Shown: one piece after another, positions 10,199 to 20,671 of the stretch
Position numbering within the stretch: position 1 is the first letter of the stretch
Layout of the letters: each line of letters begins with the position of its first letter
Assembly: GCA_019244185.1 (NCBI GenBank)
Contig: JAFATB010000026.1
Span: 128,001-192,000, forward strand
Source of the DNA: Acidobacteriota bacterium
Lineage (GTDB): Bacteria > Acidobacteriota > Thermoanaerobaculia > Gp7-AA8
Reading direction: 5' to 3'
DNA length: 64,000 bases
The notes under the pieces: generated by a model
The model's input: the letters and a program-made list of their open reading frames with translations, nothing else
Told to the model about the DNA's origin: nothing
Databases searched by the model: none
Program-made: the position numbers and the translations under genes

Positions 10199-10354
10199 TC
10201 AGCGCATCTGACTGATGACCCACGCGATCAGCGCAATGGCCACGACCACGATGATGATCATGGTGATGGCGCTCTGACGCGACGAGCTGACGCTCACGGT
10301 CTCGTGCACGACGCGGCGTTCGACGGTATCGTCCTGATGCTCAGGTTCCGGCAT
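10199..10354 (-). CDS. Small single-TM membrane protein
   Basis: 51-aa ORF with C-terminal hydrophobic helix, start overlaps MFS stop. Confidence 0.6.
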   Translation of the reverse strand: MPEPEHQDDTVERRVVHETVSVSSSRQSAITMIIIVVVAIALIAWVISQMR

Positions 10355-11519
10355 GCTCGGCAGCCGGAGCAACTGCGGTGCCACGAACGCCGCGCGACGC
10401 GGCGATGAAGATCGGAATGGCGAGACAGCTCAGCGCCGCTGCCGCCGCGAACGCGGTGCCGAGGCCGTAGCGCTGGCCGATCGCGCCGGTGATGAGCGAG
10501 CCGACGCCGATGCCGGTGTCGATCGCCCACACCATCGAGCCGAACGTCCGCCCGCGCTGCGCCTCGTCGGTGTGCGTCACGATGAAGGTCATGAACGCGG
10601 GCATGGACGCGCCGATGCCGAGGCCGAAGAGGATCGCGGAGGCGACGAGCTCCGTGCGATCGGACGCGCGCGCGAGCAGCGCGAACGACACCGGCATCGC
10701 CGCGAACGCGGGATAGAGCAGCACCTTCGGACCGAAGCGGTCGCCGAGCCGCGAGGTGAAGACGCGCACGACGATGATCGTGAGCGTGAAGCTCGTGAAG
10801 AAGAGCGAGTCGGGCGTGATGCCACGTTGATGCGAGAGGATCACAACGTAGCTCGTGATGCCGCCGTAGCCGAAGTTCACGACGGCGAGCGACAGCGTCG
10901 CCTTCACGACGCTCCAGTCCCACAGCTCGTGCACGCGCGGGAGCTCGCGGGCGCTGCGCGCGTCGAGTCCCGGCAGCCGCATGCCCCACAACGCGGTGCA
11001 GCACGAGAGCAGCGCGAGCTCGAGACAGAGCGTGAGCCAGCCCCACCTGTAGACGAGCAGGCCGATCGCCGGCGCCACCGCGATCGCGGTTGTCGGCGCG
11101 AGTCCCCAATACGCCAGCCCTTCTGTCCGTCGCGAGACCGGAATGAACTCGGTCATGAGAGCGCTGGCCGACGACAGAATCCCCGACCAGATCGAGCCGT
11201 GCACGACGCCGATCAGCAGCAACAGCGGCAGCCATTGCACGAGGCCGTACGCGACGGAGAAGGCGATGAAGAGCACCGACGCGATGACGAGCATCCGCCG
11301 CCGCCCGATGCGATCGGCGATCGTGCCGGTCATCGGCGCGGAGAACGCGCTGGCGAACGTGTACACCGCGAGGAACGACCCCGCCGCGGCGGTGGTGCCG
11401 CCGAGCTCGAGGATCCGCAGCGGGATCGCGGGAAAGAGCTGGAACGCCGCGAAGAACGTGAAGAACTGGAACAGCCAGAGCGCGGCGAAACGGCGGGTGA
11501 AGAGAGGCTCGCGGGACAC
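10341..11519 (-). CDS. MFS transporter
   Basis: About 12 hydrophobic segments; motif A GTIADRIGRRR and SRLGDRFGPK. Confidence 0.92.
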   Translation of the reverse strand: MSREPLFTRRFAALWLFQFFTFFAAFQLFPAIPLRILELGGTTAAAGSFLAVYTFASAFSAPMTGTIADRIGRRRMLVIASVLFIAFSVAYGLVQWLPLLLLIGVVHGSIWSGILSSASALMTEFIPVSRRTEGLAYWGLAPTTAIAVAPAIGLLVYRWGWLTLCLELALLSCCTALWGMRLPGLDARSARELPRVHELWDWSVVKATLSLAVVNFGYGGITSYVVILSHQRGITPDSLFFTSFTLTIIVVRVFTSRLGDRFGPKVLLYPAFAAMPVSFALLARASDRTELVASAILFGLGIGASMPAFMTFIVTHTDEAQRGRTFGSMVWAIDTGIGVGSLITGAIGQRYGLGTAFAAAAALSCLAIPIFIAASRGVRGTAVAPAAEHAGT

Positions 11520-11566
11520 CGCGACATCTTAGAATGTTCCTCAGTCCGTTCGGGTTACAGCGCGCG

Positions 11567-12409
11567 ATGAAAGTGAAACGCGCAGCCAAGTACGGCTTCT
11601 GTTCCGGCGTCCGTATCGCCGACCTGAAAGTCAAACGCTTTGCCGCGAAAGGCGGCCGCGGCGCGATCCTCGGCCAGGTCGTGCACAACGAGCGCGTCGT
11701 CGAGGAGATGGAGCAGCTCGGCGTGCGTACCGTCAACGAGATCGGCGCCGTCGAGGAGCCGACCATCGTCTTCTCCGCGCACGGCGTGCCGCCGTCGTTT
11801 CACGACACCGCGCGCGGACGCGGGCTCGAGATCCTCGATACGACCTGCAAGTTCGTCTACGACATCCACCGCGAGTCGAAGCAGGCCCTCGCCGCGGGCG
11901 ATCACCTCGTCTTCATCGGCGATCCGAAGCACCGCGAGGTCATCGGCTACACGAACGATCTGGAACCATCGTCCTACCACATCGTCTCAACAATCGAGGA
12001 GGCCGAGTCGATCGATTGGACGCCCTACACGCGCATCAAGATCTTCTACCAGACGACGCTGAACTCCGAGGAGTTCGAGGACGTGGTGCGGATCATCGAG
12101 CGGCGGGCGGGAACCGTCGAGCGCGGCGACACGATTTGCTACGCGACGAAAGAGAACCAGGATGCGGCGCGCGTGCTGGCGCACGATCCCGAAGTGGATG
12201 TGATCGTCGTGATCGGCGGCACGAAGAGTGCGAATACGAAGCATCTGTGGGACATCTGCCGCGAAACGAAGCCCGCGTATCTGGTCCAGGGCGCCTCGGA
12301 TCTCGATCCGGCGTGGCTCGCGGGCGCGAACGTGATCGGGCTGACGGCGGGCTCATCGACGCCCGACTATGTGATCGACGAGGTCGAGCAGGCGCTGGCC
12401 GCGATGTGA
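11567..12409 (+). CDS. ispH: 4-hydroxy-3-methylbut-2-enyl diphosphate reductase
   Basis: GFCSGV, VVHN, FSAHGV, DTTC, HREVIG, QTT, TICYAT, SANT, TAGSSTP. Confidence 0.95.
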   Translation: MKVKRAAKYGFCSGVRIADLKVKRFAAKGGRGAILGQVVHNERVVEEMEQLGVRTVNEIGAVEEPTIVFSAHGVPPSFHDTARGRGLEILDTTCKFVYDIHRESKQALAAGDHLVFIGDPKHREVIGYTNDLEPSSYHIVSTIEEAESIDWTPYTRIKIFYQTTLNSEEFEDVVRIIERRAGTVERGDTICYATKENQDAARVLAHDPEVDVIVVIGGTKSANTKHLWDICRETKPAYLVQGASDLDPAWLAGANVIGLTAGSSTPDYVIDEVEQALAAM

Positions 12410-12444
12410 ATTTCACTCCCTCGCAGCCTGTTAGAAGGGCCGCG

Positions 12445-13263
12445 ATGACATTTATTCGGAGAATTGCAGCGTCCCTGCTCCTCACGCTCGCGGCCGGTTC
12501 GGCGGTGGCGGCGACGCAGGTGAACTGCCATTCTTCCGCGGGCAACGTCGAGGAGTTCCGCTACTCGTGGCGGCTGCGCGGCGGCATCCGCTTTCTCGCC
12601 GGCCTCGTCTTTCCCACCGCCGGCGTCGCCAATCTCCGCACGAGCTTTCCGACCGGCAACGACCATTCGATTCACAGTGAGCTGTTGATCACGGCGCCGA
12701 CCGGCAAGCAGGGCGGCTTCTTCGCGTATGAATCGGAGATGGACAACTCCGGCAAGCGGACGCTGATGACGTACCACGGCTACTCGTGGGGCGACAAAGC
12801 GCGCAACGAGCGCACGAACTTCGATTACGCGAAGGGACTGGCGCGCATCCACCGCGAGAAGTCGGACGACGATCCGGAGTATCGCGTGAAGAAGCTGCCG
12901 TCGGATCACGACGAGGTGCGCGACATCCTCACCGCGATCTACTTCCTCCGCCAGAACGCCGCGACGATCGGCGGCCCCGTGCAGACGAGCATCTTCTCGG
13001 ACGGCAAGGAGTACCCGGTGATCTTTCGGCCGATCAACGAGCGCCGTACGTTCGTGATCGAGGGGAAGACGGTGGCGTCGAACGGCTTCGAGATCGTCGA
13101 CGCGCCGGGCGGCAAGAAGTGGCCGGGCGGCGTGAAGGTGTGGCTGTCCGCCGACGAGCGCCGCATCCCGTTCCGCATCGAGATCCAGCAGAGCGTGGCC
13201 ACGATGCAGCTCGACCTGCAGTCGGTCGAAGCCTGCGCCTTCATGGCCGGCGCCGCCAGCTAG
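12445..13263 (+). CDS. Secreted DUF3108-like protein
   Basis: Signal peptide; DILTAIYFLR and VWLSADERRIPFRI motifs. Confidence 0.65.
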   Translation: MTFIRRIAASLLLTLAAGSAVAATQVNCHSSAGNVEEFRYSWRLRGGIRFLAGLVFPTAGVANLRTSFPTGNDHSIHSELLITAPTGKQGGFFAYESEMDNSGKRTLMTYHGYSWGDKARNERTNFDYAKGLARIHREKSDDDPEYRVKKLPSDHDEVRDILTAIYFLRQNAATIGGPVQTSIFSDGKEYPVIFRPINERRTFVIEGKTVASNGFEIVDAPGGKKWPGGVKVWLSADERRIPFRIEIQQSVATMQLDLQSVEACAFMAGAAS

Positions 13264-13352
13264 CCGGCACGGCCGGCCGCGCTAAGGGCCTAGCCGAGTT
13301 GCACGTGCGGCTGCCGCGCGACTTCATGCAGCGCGGGTGCGCACACGAAGAA

Positions 13353-13769
13353 CTACGTTGTCGTTTCGCGCGGCGTGGCGATCGGGGTTCCGAGTCCGCA
13401 GAAGAGGCCCACCATGTCGAGGAGTTCCGCGACGTCGACCGGTTTGCCGAGGACGACGGCGGGGTGGAGCTCCTGCTCGGAGCTGTCGAACTCGTAGCCG
13501 GTGATGACGATGACGGGCGACTCTTTGCTGCGCGAGCGGAACCAGCGCAGCCACTGGCGGCCGTCCATGCGCGGCATGGCCAGGTCGAGGATCACGAGCT
13601 GGATGTCGGGATTCGTCTCGACGAGCGGAATGGCTTGTTCGCCGTCGTTGGCGACGAGCACCTGAAAGCCGTACGGCGTCAGCAGCTCGCGATACCAGAT
13701 GACGGTCCGCTCATCGTCGTCGATGACCAGCAATTTGCGCAGCTTGAGGGTCTTACGCGCTCGAATCAA
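13353..13769 (-). CDS. Single-domain response regulator
   Basis: LLVIDDD, VILDLAMPRMDG, VITG, KPV; start uncertain. Confidence 0.88.
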   Translation of the reverse strand: MIRARKTLKLRKLLVIDDDERTVIWYRELLTPYGFQVLVANDGEQAIPLVETNPDIQLVILDLAMPRMDGRQWLRWFRSRSKESPVIVITGYEFDSSEQELHPAVVLGKPVDVAELLDMVGLFCGLGTPIATPRETTT

Positions 13770-13826
13770 AGGAGACTCCCAGTCCGTCGGCGATTCGGTG
13801 GCGGACGCTGCAAAGAGGCTGCCGAG

Positions 13827-14918
13827 TCAGCGGCTTTCCCGCATTGACGGCACGACATCGGTCGGAACGGTCGTCTGCAGAGGCGCCTGTTCGCGCGGAA
13901 CGAGCGTGAATCGCGCGGGGTCGTACCGCAGCGCGATCAGCCGTCCTTTGTGCACGTTCGCGTCGCGCGGCAGCTCGACGCGCAGCGTCACGCCGCCGCT
14001 GAGCACGCCGCGCACGAGCCAGCGTCCATCGGCAAATCCCGCCTCTTCGATCCCGAAAATGAGATCGGAGTCTTCGCCGGCGCGCGCGGGCGCGAAGTCG
14101 CCCGGACGCACGAGCGCGACGCCGCTGCCCTGAAACGGCGGCGACGCGAGCTCCCACGCGCCGATGACCGACTCGACGCTCGTGCCGCGAATCGTGATCG
14201 GGATCGCGTCGACTTCGCCGATCGCGACGGCCGCCGCTTCGTCGACAGGCCGCGCGAACAGCTCGGCCGCGCTGCCGTGCTGCACGACGCGGCCGTCATC
14301 GAGCACGACGACCGCGTCCGTGAGCGCGAGCTCGTCGCGCGAGGCAGGCGTCGAGAGCACCGTCGCTCCGACGATGCGCAGCATGCGATAGAACGCGTCC
14401 GCGAGCGCCACGCGCGCGGATGCCGCAACGCCTTCGAGCACGCGGTCCGCGATGACGATGCCCGGCCGCAGCAACTCGATCCGGGCGCAATGCACGCGCG
14501 CCGCTTCCGTCGACGAGAGCGAGTCGATGCGGCGCTCGAGCAACGCGCCGAGCTGCCAGGAGTCGACCGCGAGCGCGTACTCACGATGACGGTCTTCGCG
14601 GTCGAGCGTGCGCGTGCGGACGGCGGCGACGAGCGCGTGCTGCACGCTCCAGCGTCCCGGCACGTCGAGCGCCCGCGTCACATAGAGCAGCGGCCGTCGC
14701 GCGGGCTTGAGGTCGTTGACGACGCGCGCGCCGATGAGAATCTCGCCGGTGTCGGGCGTCAGCGTGCCGGCGACGAGCCGGAGCAGCGTCGACGCGCCGC
14801 ACGCGGGCGGCCCCGCAAGGGCGGTATGCGTGCTGCGCGGCACGGTGAAGCTGATCTCGCGCAGCGCGAAGCCGGTTCCGTAGCGGAACGAGACGTTGCG
14901 CAGCGTGAGGTCGAGCAC
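13827..14918 (-). CDS. Degenerate ABC ATP-binding-like protein with TOBE-like C-terminus
   Basis: MalK/PotA-like layout but Walker A GPPACGAS, signature LSSTE, Walker B VIADRV. Confidence 0.75.
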   Translation of the reverse strand: MLDLTLRNVSFRYGTGFALREISFTVPRSTHTALAGPPACGASTLLRLVAGTLTPDTGEILIGARVVNDLKPARRPLLYVTRALDVPGRWSVQHALVAAVRTRTLDREDRHREYALAVDSWQLGALLERRIDSLSSTEAARVHCARIELLRPGIVIADRVLEGVAASARVALADAFYRMLRIVGATVLSTPASRDELALTDAVVVLDDGRVVQHGSAAELFARPVDEAAAVAIGEVDAIPITIRGTSVESVIGAWELASPPFQGSGVALVRPGDFAPARAGEDSDLIFGIEEAGFADGRWLVRGVLSGGVTLRVELPRDANVHKGRLIALRYDPARFTLVPREQAPLQTTVPTDVVPSMRESR

Positions 14919-14931
14919 GACCTCATTGTAG

Positions 14932-15390
14932 TTACTGGCGCAGCCTCGGCCGCTGCGGGTTGTTCTTGCGCAGCTGATTGCGCATCGGGCTGTCGCGGTC
15001 GAGCACCGCGCGCATGCGATTCCACTGCGTCTCGCTCAGCACGCCGCGCATGTCCACGAGCATCATCAGCTCGCGGTCGAACAGTTTCCCGCGCGCCTCG
15101 GTCAGCCGCGCCGCGATGCGCCGGATCTCGTCGCGCCGCAGCTGCGGACGATCGATCTCGCCGCGCAACGCGACCTGCAGCTTCTCGACCGCGGCCTTCG
15201 CGTCGATGAGCTCATCGGCCGTTGTGCGGAAGATGTCGTCGAGCTGCTGCTGCTGTTCGGCCGTGAGCGCGAGCTCCTGGATGATCTCCGCGCGCCGCCA
15301 CCACTTGCCCTGCGGCATCTGCTGCGCATGCGCGGCGAACGCGGACAGCAGCAGCGCGGCGATGACGATCAGCGTTCGCGTCTTCTTCAC
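14932..15390 (-). CDS. Periplasmic Spy/CpxP/heavy-metal-sensor-like protein
   Basis: Signal peptide, GKWW, LALTAEQ and VLSETQ (LTxxQ-like) motifs. Confidence 0.8.
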   Translation of the reverse strand: MKKTRTLIVIAALLLSAFAAHAQQMPQGKWWRRAEIIQELALTAEQQQQLDDIFRTTADELIDAKAAVEKLQVALRGEIDRPQLRRDEIRRIAARLTEARGKLFDRELMMLVDMRGVLSETQWNRMRAVLDRDSPMRNQLRKNNPQRPRLRQ

Positions 15391-15887
15391 GAGCGGTCTC
15401 CATTCTCCGTCGTCCACGATTCCCACGCGACCATCGAATGAAAGTCTTCCAGCTCTTCCGACTTCCACGGATCGGCGGGCACCGCGGTGAGCGTGCTGTC
15501 GCTCGGCGCGGCTGTCGTCGCGGGTGCATGCGTCACGGTCGCGTACGTCGTCGTGGCGGGCGTTGCCTCGTGCTGGCGCAGCGTGATCACGCCGCCGATG
15601 ACGAGCGCGAAGATCGCGGCGGCGGCGACGCGCGTGATGCGCGCCACGGATCCCGAGCGCGTGCGCTGCGCGTCGATCTTCCGCATGACGCCGATGCGCT
15701 GGCGCGCCCAGAACGTCTCCGGCTTCTCCGCGTGACACGTCGCGGTGCCGCGCAGCTTCGCCTCGAGCCGCTCGTAGCGCGCGGCGCAGTCGGTGCAGCC
15801 GGCGAGGTGCATCATCACCGGCATCGAGTCGCCGGGCTGCGTGTAGTACGTCTCCAGCAGATCGGCTTCACTGTAGTGCTGTTTCAT
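15387..15887 (-). CDS. Zinc-binding (ZAS) transmembrane anti-sigma factor
   Basis: HLAGCTDC (HxxxCxxC), one TM helix, overlaps the ECF sigma gene. Confidence 0.8.
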   Translation of the reverse strand: MKQHYSEADLLETYYTQPGDSMPVMMHLAGCTDCAARYERLEAKLRGTATCHAEKPETFWARQRIGVMRKIDAQRTRSGSVARITRVAAAAIFALVIGGVITLRQHEATPATTTYATVTHAPATTAAPSDSTLTAVPADPWKSEELEDFHSMVAWESWTTENGDRS

Positions 15888-16515
15888 GTCCCGGTTCCTG
15901 AAGCGCGCGGCTGGCGCGCCATTCGGCCAGCTCGCGGCGGATTTTATGAGTCGCGCGGAAGAGGTGCACGCGCACCGTGGCGGCGCTGAGGCCGAGGTGC
16001 GTGGCAATTTCGTCCGGTGTGAGGTTCTCGTAGTGGCGGAGGCGGAAGATCACCAGCTGCTGCGGCGAGAGCTGCCGTTCCGCGCGCGTGATGGCGGCGC
16101 GCAGCTGCGACGACAGATACTGCCGCTCGGGATCGGGCCGCTCGTCGACCGGCTCGAGCACGAGCTCGGAGTCGTCGTCGTCGCGGCGGAAGGTCAACAG
16201 GTTGACGAAGCGGCGGCGGCGCAGCGTGTCGCGCGAGAGATTGATGGCGATGCGCGTCAGCCACGTCTCCAGCCCCGCGCGGCCTTCGAAGCGCGCGAGG
16301 TGCGTGTACGCCTGCACGAAGGTGTCCTGCGCGATGGTGTCGGCCTCGACCTCGTCGCGCACGATGGCGTAGGCGACGCGGTAGATCTTCCGCTGGTAAC
16401 GCTCGACGAGGATCGCGTACGCGCCGCCGTCGCCGGCCAGCGTCCGCTCGATGAGCAGCGCGTCGGCGGGGGCGTCGCTGTCGCTGGTTCGGAACGCGGC
16501 CACGTTGCTTCTCAC
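15868..16515 (-). CDS. ECF RNA polymerase sigma factor
   Basis: Region 2 (AQDTFVQAY..TWLTRIAIN) and region 4 (LSPQQ..EIATHLGLSAATVRVHLFRA). Confidence 0.93.
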   Translation of the reverse strand: MRSNVAAFRTSDSDAPADALLIERTLAGDGGAYAILVERYQRKIYRVAYAIVRDEVEADTIAQDTFVQAYTHLARFEGRAGLETWLTRIAINLSRDTLRRRRFVNLLTFRRDDDDSELVLEPVDERPDPERQYLSSQLRAAITRAERQLSPQQLVIFRLRHYENLTPDEIATHLGLSAATVRVHLFRATHKIRRELAEWRASRALQEPGHETALQ

Positions 16516-16520
16516 GGAGC

Positions 16521-16551
16521 TTGGACGGACGAACGCCGGAAGACGTTTACA
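16521..16551 (-). promoter_or_regulatory. Putative autoregulatory ECF promoter
   Basis: Minus strand TGTAAAC-N17-CGTCCAA ending 5 nt before the sigma GTG; matches the general AAC/CGT ECF layout. Confidence 0.6.
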
Positions 16552-17443
16552 TCCGCGGTTCCATGGTACTGCGCGAGCTCGCCAGCGCCACGCCGGCGAC
16601 GATCATCACGCCGGCGAGCACGACCGTGTGCCGGATCGTCTCGCCGAGCAGCAGCGCGCCGAGGAGCGTGGCGATGACCGGCTGGAGATACGTGTACGCC
16701 GCGACCAGCGAGCTGTCGGCGTAGCGCAGCGCCCACGCGTTGAGCAGGTACGCGCCGACGGTCGGCCCGGCGATCACGATCGCGAGCGCGAGCCACGCGC
16801 GCGGCGTGATCGCGCTCCATGGCTCGCGCAGCAGCGACGGCGCGGCGATCGGCAGCATCAGCACCGTGCCGATCGTGAACATTCGCTCGACGACGCGCCG
16901 TGCGGACAGCCGCGCCATGGCCGGCTTCGAGACGACGAGATACAGCGAGAACGACAGGCAGTTGCCGATGACCATCAGCGCGCCGGCGAACGAACGCGAC
17001 GTGCCGTGCACGCCTTCCGCCGCGACGACGAGCAATGCGCCGATGCCGGCCAGCGCGATGCCGCCGAGACGCCGCGCGGTCGCGCGCTCCTGCCGCGCCA
17101 CGATCGCCGCCGCGAGCGCGAACACCGGAATCGTCGTGATCAGAATCGCGGCGACCTGCACGCTCGTCCGCGCGAGTCCTGACAGAAACAGCGTCTGATT
17201 GATCACGACGCCAAGAATCGAGAAGAGCGCTACGCGCCACGTGTCGTCGCGCGCCAGCGGCGGCTCCTTGCGCGCGACGAGCATCAGCACGAGCGCCGCG
17301 CCGGCCACGCGCAGCCACGCGAACGTGAGCGGCGTCAGCTCGCGCATCCCGAGCTTCGAGATGACGTAGTTCAGCGAGAAGAAGAACGCGACGACGAAGA
17401 GCGCTGCGTGAACGCGGAACCGCTCCGCTACTCCTGCTCGCAC
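16547..17443 (-). CDS. EamA/DMT transporter
   Basis: About 10 TM segments in two repeats; [19 protein letters not shown]. Confidence 0.9.
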   Translation of the reverse strand: MRAGVAERFRVHAALFVVAFFFSLNYVISKLGMRELTPLTFAWLRVAGAALVLMLVARKEPPLARDDTWRVALFSILGVVINQTLFLSGLARTSVQVAAILITTIPVFALAAAIVARQERATARRLGGIALAGIGALLVVAAEGVHGTSRSFAGALMVIGNCLSFSLYLVVSKPAMARLSARRVVERMFTIGTVLMLPIAAPSLLREPWSAITPRAWLALAIVIAGPTVGAYLLNAWALRYADSSLVAAYTYLQPVIATLLGALLLGETIRHTVVLAGVMIVAGVALASSRSTMEPRM

Positions 17444-20400
17444 CAGACGTCCGAATAGCGCACCGGCGGCGGCACGAGCGACGTCCGCACGCCGCGGATG
17501 TTCGGCTTGTGCAGCACGAACAGCCGCTCGTGGAACAGCGGCGCGAGCGGCGCCTCCCGCACGACCATCTGATTCAGCGACCGGTAGATCGTTGCGCGCG
17601 CCTCGGAATCATTGCTCCGCCGCGCTTCGAGGATCTGCGCGTCGACTTCCGGACGGTAGTAGTACAGCCCGCGGATCGACGACGCCTCGCTGTGGAAGAA
17701 GATGTAGAAGAAGTTGTCGGGATCGGGGAAGTCGGCGTACCAGTTCGCGCAGTAGACGACGCCGTGTCCGCGCCGGTCGCGCACCGCGGCCGCCTCGGTT
17801 GCGGAATGGCGCGTGACGTTGACGCGGATGCCGATCGCGTCGAGGTCTTCGATGAGCAGCGGCACGAGCCCGGAGTTGTTGAACTCGTCCGTGTCCCACG
17901 TGCGGTATTCGACACTGAAGCCCGACGCGTAGCCCGCCTGCCGCATGAGGTTGCGCGCGCGCTCGGGATCGTGCTCGAAGCCGCGCAGGTTCGGGTCGTA
18001 TCCGAGGAGGCCGGGAGGGAGAAGCGATTGCGCGGGAAGGGCGAGGCCGGCGTAGACGCGCTCGTTGATGCGCTGCCGGTTGATCGCGTAGTTCACGGCC
18101 TGGCGCACTTCCACGCGATCGAACGGCGCGGCGGAGTTGTCGTAGCCGAAGTACGACGTGTGCAGCTGCACGGTCGTGAGCATGTACGCCGCGTACCGCG
18201 GATCGTCGCGCAGCTCCTTGACCATCTTCGGCGGAATGCCGTGCGCGACGTCGAGCTCTCCGCGGATGAACGCGTCGGCCACTTCGCGGAAGCTGCGCAG
18301 GTCGAGGCGGAACAGCAGCTCGTCGACGTACGGCTCGCCGGGAACGTAGTAATCGCGGTTCTTCACGAGCTTCACGCGCTCGCCTTCGACCGCTTCTTCG
18401 ACCTTGAACGCGCCGGCGCCGACGCCGCGCAGGCGATAGCGTTCCGCGTCCTTGCCTTCTTCCGCCGGCACGATGCCGCACTCGTGCATCGTCATCAGCG
18501 AGAGGAAGAACGCCACCGGCTCGGTGAGCTGAAACTCGATCGTGTGCGGGTCGCGCACGATGATGCCGCTCACCGCGCGCGTCTTTCCTTCGAGCACATC
18601 GTTCGCGCCGCGCACGCTGCGGAGGATCCACGCGCCGGTCGACTTCATCTCCGGCAACAGCAGGCGCAGCATGCTCTCGTAGACGTCGCGCGCCTCGAGC
18701 GTGCGGCCGTTGTGGAAGCGGACGCCGCGCCGCAGATGGAAGCGGTAGACGTGTCCCTGCTCGAGCACTTCCCAGCGCTCGGCGAGATCGGGGATCAGCT
18801 CCGCGCCCTCGCCGTATTTGACGAGCGTTGCGTGGATCGCCTTCGACATGAAGCCGAGCGCCGACGCCGACGTGTACGCGGGGTCGAACGTCAGCCGCTG
18901 CCACAGCACCGTCGCCGTCGTGACGTCGCCGCCGCGGTTCGGCGCCGGCAGCACGAAGCGTCCGAGCTCCTGCTTGAGCAGCGTCGACTCGTGGCTGAGC
19001 GTGTTCGCCATCTGATTGAGGTCGGAGACGCCGAAGCTCGACTCGCGCGAGCCTTGCTTGATGACGTCCATCGACTTGACGATGGCCGAGCTTTCCGCGG
19101 CGAGCACCGACGTCGACTCGAGCACGTTCTGCACGAGCCCCATGATGTTTTCCATCGCGCGGCTGATGGCGCGGCTGCCCGATTCCTGCTCGGTCATGGC
19201 GCGCTTGAGATGCTTGGTGTAGTCGCGCACCATCGCCGCCTGCTCGCCGATCTTCCGCGAGGTGAGCGACTGCTGCTGCGTCGCGGTCGCGGTCTGCTGC
19301 ACCATCTTCGTGACTTCTTCGATGGCCGCCGTCGCTGCCGCGCTTCCGCGTGCCTGCTCCTCGGTCGCGCGCGCGATCTCGGAGATCGAGTTCGTGGAGC
19401 GGTCGGTGAGCTCGAGGATCTTTTCGAGCACCTGCACGGCGCGCGCGGTGAGGCCGACGCCGTCGGCGACGCGGTCCGCGCCGATGGTCATCTGATCCGC
19501 GGCGCGTCCGACGCCCTTCTGCACGTTCTGAATGAGCGTTCTGATTTCTTCCGTGGAGACCGAGGTGCGCTCCGAGAGGTCGCGGATCTCGTCCGCGACG
19601 ACGGCGAAGCCGCGCCCGCGCTCGCCCGCCTGCGCCGCGATGATGGCGGCGTTCAGCGCGAGGAGGTTCGTCTGCCCGGCGATGTCGTCGATGACGCGCA
19701 CGATGTCGCCGATCTCCTGCGAGCGTTCCGCGAGATCGGTCAGCGCGACTTTCGCCTCGTCGACCGCGACCTGGATCTTGCGCATGCCGTCGACGGTGCC
19801 TTCGACCGCGACGCGTCCCTCGTTCGCCGCGTCCTTGACGTACCGCGCGAGCTCCGACGATTGCCGCGCGGACTTGCCGATCTCCTCGGTCGTCGCATTC
19901 ATCTGGACCATCGACGACGCGGTCTGCGTCGCGAACGACGAGAAGCTCTCCGTGTTCGTGGCGACCTCGTTGATCGACGCGATCATCTCTTCGATGGCGG
20001 AGCCGGTCTGCTCGACGAACTCCGCGAGCGTGTCGGCGATGCGGCTCACTTCTTCGATCGACGCCGACATCTCGAGGATGGACGTCGACGTTTCCTCCGC
20101 GTTGCCGGAGAGGTCTTCCATGCTGCGGCGCACGCTGTTGATCGACTGATCGATCTGCGTGACCGACGACGACGTTTGTTCGGTGGAGCTGAGCTGCTCG
20201 GACGCGCTGCGCGCGAGGACGCGCGAGCGGCCGCTGATCTGATCGCTGACTTTCGCGACGTCGGCGGCGAGCTGTCCGAAGCGGCGGATGGTCCGCTCGA
20301 GACTTGCGACCAGCGCGCGCATCGCAGCCGACGTGCGCGCCGACTGCGTCTCACTTTCGATGTCGCGCGCCGACAGCGAGAGGTCGCCGGTGGTCACGCG

Positions 20401-20625
20401 GTCGATCAGCTTGATCACGCCTTCGCGCCTCTGCAGCGCGCGCGCGAGCCAGATCTGAAACATCACGACACAGATCGCGCTGGCGAGGAGCGCCGCCGCC
20501 AGAACTTTCCACCACAGCGCCCACGTCATGTCGGGGATGAACCAGACGAAGACGGCGAACAGAATGACGCAGGTAATCAGCAGGACCCAGGTCTGCTGAG
20601 CCCGTCCCAACTGTCGAAGTTTCAT
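17428..20625 (-). CDS. Methyl-accepting chemotaxis protein fused to a family-5 (DppA/OppA-like) solute-binding domain
   Basis: Two N-terminal TMs, MCP tip [34 protein letters not shown], then [45 protein letters not shown] in one frame. Confidence 0.9.
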   Translation of the reverse strand: MKLRQLGRAQQTWVLLITCVILFAVFVWFIPDMTWALWWKVLAAALLASAICVVMFQIWLARALQRREGVIKLIDRVTTGDLSLSARDIESETQSARTSAAMRALVASLERTIRRFGQLAADVAKVSDQISGRSRVLARSASEQLSSTEQTSSSVTQIDQSINSVRRSMEDLSGNAEETSTSILEMSASIEEVSRIADTLAEFVEQTGSAIEEMIASINEVATNTESFSSFATQTASSMVQMNATTEEIGKSARQSSELARYVKDAANEGRVAVEGTVDGMRKIQVAVDEAKVALTDLAERSQEIGDIVRVIDDIAGQTNLLALNAAIIAAQAGERGRGFAVVADEIRDLSERTSVSTEEIRTLIQNVQKGVGRAADQMTIGADRVADGVGLTARAVQVLEKILELTDRSTNSISEIARATEEQARGSAAATAAIEEVTKMVQQTATATQQQSLTSRKIGEQAAMVRDYTKHLKRAMTEQESGSRAISRAMENIMGLVQNVLESTSVLAAESSAIVKSMDVIKQGSRESSFGVSDLNQMANTLSHESTLLKQELGRFVLPAPNRGGDVTTATVLWQRLTFDPAYTSASALGFMSKAIHATLVKYGEGAELIPDLAERWEVLEQGHVYRFHLRRGVRFHNGRTLEARDVYESMLRLLLPEMKSTGAWILRSVRGANDVLEGKTRAVSGIIVRDPHTIEFQLTEPVAFFLSLMTMHECGIVPAEEGKDAERYRLRGVGAGAFKVEEAVEGERVKLVKNRDYYVPGEPYVDELLFRLDLRSFREVADAFIRGELDVAHGIPPKMVKELRDDPRYAAYMLTTVQLHTSYFGYDNSAAPFDRVEVRQAVNYAINRQRINERVYAGLALPAQSLLPPGLLGYDPNLRGFEHDPERARNLMRQAGYASGFSVEYRTWDTDEFNNSGLVPLLIEDLDAIGIRVNVTRHSATEAAAVRDRRGHGVVYCANWYADFPDPDNFFYIFFHSEASSIRGLYYYRPEVDAQILEARRSNDSEARATIYRSLNQMVVREAPLAPLFHERLFVLHKPNIRGVRTSLVPPPVRYSDVWCEQE

Positions 20626-20671
20626 AGAGTTCCCGAAATCGGATGCTAACACGGGGTACGATTCGACCGTC

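Noticed and set aside
12016-12444. N-terminal extensions in the ORF track (also 8651, 32488, 42142, 44833, 49642)
   Set aside because: They overlap neighbouring real genes; downstream starts fit signal peptides, RBS or -10 motifs better
17509-20649. 1046-aa plus-strand ORF opposite the MCP fusion
   Set aside because: Codon-register mirror of the real gene; no recognisable domains
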